From: an uncultured Acidobacteriota bacterium
GTDB taxonomy: Bacteria > Acidobacteriota > Vicinamibacteria > Vicinamibacterales > UBA2999
Reading direction: 5' to 3'
Assembly: GCA_963750995.1 (NCBI GenBank)
Contig: CAVVST010000005.1
Span: forward strand, 347,988-411,987
Length of the DNA: 64,000 nucleotides
Below are positions 60,266-64,000 of this stretch, in pieces; positions within the stretch are counted from its first letter, which is position 1; the number at the start of each line of letters is the position of its first letter. Under the pieces are notes generated by a model, which worked only from the letters and a program-made list of their open reading frames with translations, was not told the DNA's origin and did not search any database. The position numbers were made by a program, and so were the translations under genes.

Positions 60266-61023
60266 CTAGCTATTCACGCCCGAGGCGAGAAAGCCTCCGT
60301 CCACGACGAAGCATTGGCCGGTGATGAAGCTGGCGGCATCGGAAGAGAGCAGCACCGCCGCGCCGACGACTTCGCCGGCGTCCCGAAACGCCGCATCGGC
60401 GCCCGCATCAGCAGCTCGCGCCCGCGGTCGGTCTCGTCGAGCAGACCCGGTTCAGCGGTCCGGAACACGCCGGGGGCAATCGCGTTGACATTGACACTGA
60501 GGTCGCCCATTCGACGGCAAGGCTGCGGTGAGCGCCATCACGCGGCTTTCGAAGCCGCGTAGCCGTCACTTCCTGAAGCTCACGAACGAATTGAACGAGG
60601 CGATGTTGATGATCCGTCCGCGGCCGTGTCGGCGAGCGCCGGGAAAACATCTGGCATGCGAGCAGCGTGGCGGTAGCGTTCAGGTCGAGCATGTCCTGCC
60701 ATTCGGGTTCGGACATCTCGAGGGTCGGTTTCCTCAGATCGTTCCGGCGGCGTTGACGAGCACGTCGACGCGTCCGAGCCCGCCGACGGCGCGATCCTGC
60801 AGGCCGTCGAGCGTGCGCCGTCCGGGCATCGACGGTGCACGCAATAGTCTGCCGCCCAGCTTGTCTCCTGCTCGCAGGCCGCGTCGACCAGCGCCTCCCG
60901 CCGCCCGGTGGGGACGACGTCCGCGCCCGCTTGGGCGAGCCCGAGCGCGATCGCTCGACCGATCCCAGAGGTGCCGCCGATGACGACGGCGACGCGGCCG
61001 GCCAGATCGAGAGAAGGCAGCAT
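60266..61023 (-). pseudogene. SDR family oxidoreductase, several frameshifts as read
   Basis: LAGRVAVVIGGTSGIGRAIALGLAQAGADVV (TGxxxGIG), NAIAPGVF, and C-terminal ITGQCFVVDGGFLASGVNS* in shifting frames. The stop abuts the downstream ATG. Confidence 0.7.
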
Positions 61024-61048
61024 GCTGGTGTGGGTGCGTCAGGCACGG

Positions 61049-62397
61049 CTACTCCGGCAGCGGCGCCCTTGGTTTCCGGGGCAAACGGCAGCGTCGCGAG
61101 TCCGATGAGAAACACTGCGCACATGGTGACACCGGCGTATCGCATCGGTTCGTCATACCCGGCGTAGACCCGGCTGGTGAGCAGGCCGAGCGTGAGCGGC
61201 CGATCGCGGCGACGAAGCGGCCCACGTTGTAGCAGAACGAGGTGCCCGTGCTGCGCAGTCGCGTCGGGAAGAGTTCCGGCAGATAGATCGCATAGCCGCC
61301 GAACAGCGCAAGCTGGCAGAAGCCCATCAGCGGAATCATCCAGAAGATATCCGTGAAGTCGTCGAGGTTCCAGAACGTGAAGGCAGTGGCCGGCATCGGC
61401 AGCGACGAACGAGATCGCGAAAGCGGGCCGGCGGCCGGTCCGTGCTGTCAGGTGAGTGAACCCGTAGATGCCGAGAAAGGCGCCGGCATTCTGCAGCAGC
61501 GACGTCATGCCCGTCCAGAAGGTCTTCTGGCCCGCGTTCATGTCGGTCTTGTCGAGGACCGAGCGGAGCAGGTCGAAGCTGAAGAAGCCGATGCCCCACA
61601 GGCCGACGACGCCAGAGAAAGCAAGCAGCATTCCGACGATTGCATTCTTCCTCCATCTCGGCTCGTGGAACAGATCGAACATGCTGCCGAGGGGCTTCCC
61701 GCCGCCTCCTTCTTTGCCTTCACAGCCACGCTCGGGCTCTTTCAGCTTGCGGAAGATCGGGATGCAGAGGAATGCGGGGAGCACGCCGACCACAAACATC
61801 ATGCGCCATGCACTGTCAATCGCACCGGACTCCTCCAGTCGTCCGAGTCCGATGCCGATCAGCGCGGCCATCATGTTGCCCACGGCTGACAGGGCCTGCA
61901 GCCACCCGAGGGCGTAAGGCCGGGCACGGTGGGAACCGTTTCGGCTACAAGCGCCACGCCGACGGAGAATTGTCCGCCGACGCCGAGACCCGTCAGGAAA
62001 CGGTAGATCGAGAAATCCCAAACGTTGGTGGAAAGCACGCTGAGACCGGTGAAAAGCGAATAGAGCAGGATAGTGAAGATCATGGTCTTCGCCCGCCCAA
62101 TGCGGTCACCGAGAATTCCGAAGAAGACTCCGCCGGATGCCCAGCCGAGCATGAAGATCATCGTGGCGTAGCCCGCGTATTCAGCGATCGCGCCGCTGGC
62201 GGCCGGTCGCCGAACAACCAGCAGTTCGGCGATCGCAGGCCGTCTCGCGAGATTGAAGAGCTGCTGGTCCATCGTGTCGAACAGCCAGCCCAGCGAGCAA
62301 ACGATGAAGACGAACCAGTGCTCGCGCGTCAGCTCGCGGTACCACGGCGCCGCTGGAGCGGCGGCATCGCGGCGCGGGCGACCGTGGAGTGTTCCAT
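61049..62397 (-). pseudogene. MFS transporter, several frameshifts as read
   Basis: WFVFIVCSLGWLFDTMDQQLFNLAR, GILGDRIGRAKTM, RFLTGLGVGGQFSVGVALVAETVP and LPELFPTRLRSTGTSFCYNVGRF in different frames. ATG lies 2 nt after the upstream stop. Confidence 0.65.
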
Positions 62398-62399
62398 GA

Positions 62400-64000
62400 T
62401 CAGCGTTGATCCGCCGCGACGGCTGACGGCTCCGCCTCGGTCCACGGCCGGTTCCGACCAGCCGTCTGCGCGCGCACGCCGCTGACTGCCGCGGCATCCA
62501 CCGGTGATGCCGTGTTGTCCCAGGCCCTGCGGATGTAGGTCAGGACCGAGGCCACCTGCTCGTCGGTCATGGTGAGGCCCGCCGGCGGCATGAGGCCGAC
62601 AGCGCCTTCCTTGCCGTGCAGCATGACGCGGGTGACCCTTCCCGCCCGGGCCGAGCACCGCGGCCGAGCCAGCGAGGGCCGGCCCGAGGACATCCGGCTG
62701 GCCGCGGCCGTTGTCCTGATGACATCCCTGGCACCGCGCCAGGTACAGGGTCTCTCCCGCCGTGAACCGCTGCTGCTCGGCAGCGCTCAGCGGCGCGAGC
62801 GCGGCGGCGGGGGCGCCCGGCTTGCCGGCCCATGCCACGCGAGCGAGCACTTTTGCCGCACGCTGTCCAAGCTCGCCGCCATTGCTCTGCGCGAGCCGCG
62901 CCAGCGCCGGCTCGCGCGCGAGCGTGATCGGCGGACCCTGGGGCCGCTGGTTGGCGGGATTGACGCCACGATTGGGATTGAACGCCATCGCTCCCCCAGA
63001 CCCGCGCGCGCCCGGGCACGTCGGGCACGGCTCGGCGCCGGCGACCGGTCCAGCGCCGCCGCGGCCGCGCCCGCCAGGCGTGTCCGGCGTGGGCGCTCCG
63101 AGTAAAGCGACCTCCGCGCCGAGCATCAGCGCGCCGCGCTGCCAGGCCGCGCGGGTATCCTCGGCCATCAGATCGAAAAGCCGCTGGATCGCGGGCTCCT
63201 GGCCGCCGCCGAGAATCGACGCCGACAGCATCACAATCGCGGACGTTCGCTGTGGCGATGCCGCGGGCGCCAACAGCAGCCGGTCGAGAACCGCGGTCTC
63301 GCTGCCGGCGACGCTGCTGACGGCGGCATCGACGGCTACCGGATCGTCACCATGCCGCTCGAGGAGGGTGGCGATCGCGGCGTGCCTGTCGGCCTGCCGT
63401 AACTCGCCGAGCGTGGCTGCGAGCTGGCGCCGCACGTTCCAGTCGGCGTCGTCGAGCCGCTTCAGGACGGCGGCCACGACCGGGCTGTCAGGATTCGAGA
63501 GCCACCGTTCCGCGAGGCGCAGCGCGGAAGTGCGCACATCCCGCGAGGCATCGTCCAGCGCGCCCACCACGGTCGCCTGGTCGATCGCGTCGATGCCGTC
63601 GAGCGTCCAGAGCGCGTGCAGCTTCGCGCGCGACGACCCTCGCTCGGCGAGCTGCTTCAGCGCCGGCACGGCGGACATGTCGGCGCGCTGCACGAGCAGC
63701 TGCTGCGCCATGTCGCGCCGCCAGCCGTTGGGGTGCGAGAGCGCGGCCACCAGCTGCGCGACCGTTGCGCGCGCCAGCGCCGGCCTCGAATCGCGCCGCG
63801 TCGTTTGGTGAACGACGCGGTAAATGCGGCCGAAGCCGACGCCCTTCTGCAGGTTGTTCTTCACAATCCAATCGCGAAGGTACTCGGTAATGAAGTCCTT
63901 GTGCTGGATGACGCCGCGATACATATCCACGACGTACAGCGTGCCGTCTGGAGCGTTCGCGAGCCACACCGGGCGGAAGCGCTCGTCGGTAGAGGCGAGG
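62400..64000 (-). CDS. PVC-type haem-binding CxxCH / HEAT-repeat protein, partial (N-terminus off-window; one frameshift near 62650)
   Basis: ...YVVDMYRGVIQHKDFITEYLR..., HEAT-like repeats (HPNGWRRDMAQQLL, DASRDVRTSALRLA, DADWNVRRQLAATLG), and a C-terminal cytochrome c module ARCQGCHQ...LMPPAG...DEQVASVLTYIRRAW. Confidence 0.7.

Noticed and set aside
60408-62021. 537-aa ORF spanning the MFS and SDR genes.
   Set aside because: It is a mosaic of in-frame stretches of two adjacent frameshifted genes joined by out-of-frame segments. Separate MFS and SDR motifs are recognisable, with a proper stop and start between them at 61023-61049.
1-64000. Prophage, integrative element, IS or genomic-island boundaries.
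   Set aside because: No integrase, transposase, recombinase, phage structural gene, tRNA or terminal repeat was recognised. The lower-GC pockets (about 20.8-21.0, 22.1-22.3, 45.8-45.9, 52.2-52.5 kb) coincide with ordinary intergenic promoter regions.

Overview
High-GC (about two-thirds G+C by eye) bacterial chromosomal segment with roughly 60 protein-coding genes. I recognise no rRNA, tRNA, CRISPR array, transposase or integrase. The gene content suggests a soil Acidobacteriota-like organism (inference only): carboxypeptidase-regulatory-domain TonB-dependent receptors, a PVC-type haem/HEAT protein, Tat-exported xylose-isomerase-like TIM barrels and PQQ dehydrogenases. Left part (1-12.3 kb): periplasmic enzymes, then an outer-membrane-barrel / secreted caspase / membrane-protein operon, a catalase-related protein and a membrane-anchored TIR-domain protein. 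Centre (12.5-52.2 kb): a very large uptake region dominated by TonB-dependent receptors and two uncharacterised secreted families. Family A is small and DUF6152-like with a predicted mature N-terminus His-His (5 copies). Family B is 230-310 aa with a GHSxGxWEGxxLVVDT-type motif (9 copies). The same region holds a PQQ dehydrogenase / dihaem cytochrome c pair, Tat-TIM barrels, Gfo/Idh/MocA oxidoreductases and a LacI-family regulator whose predicted 14-bp palindromic operator occurs five times. Right part (52.5-64 kb): sugar-acid catabolism (ManD-type dehydratase, KDPG aldolase, KDG kinase) and a second oxidoreductase/isomerase/transporter operon. Many genes between 34 and 63 kb are broken by multiple frameshifts while their neighbours are intact. 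Sequence alone cannot separate consensus error from decay, so those genes are listed as pseudogenes 'as read'. Coordinates of frameshifted genes are start-to-stop of the reconstructed gene.
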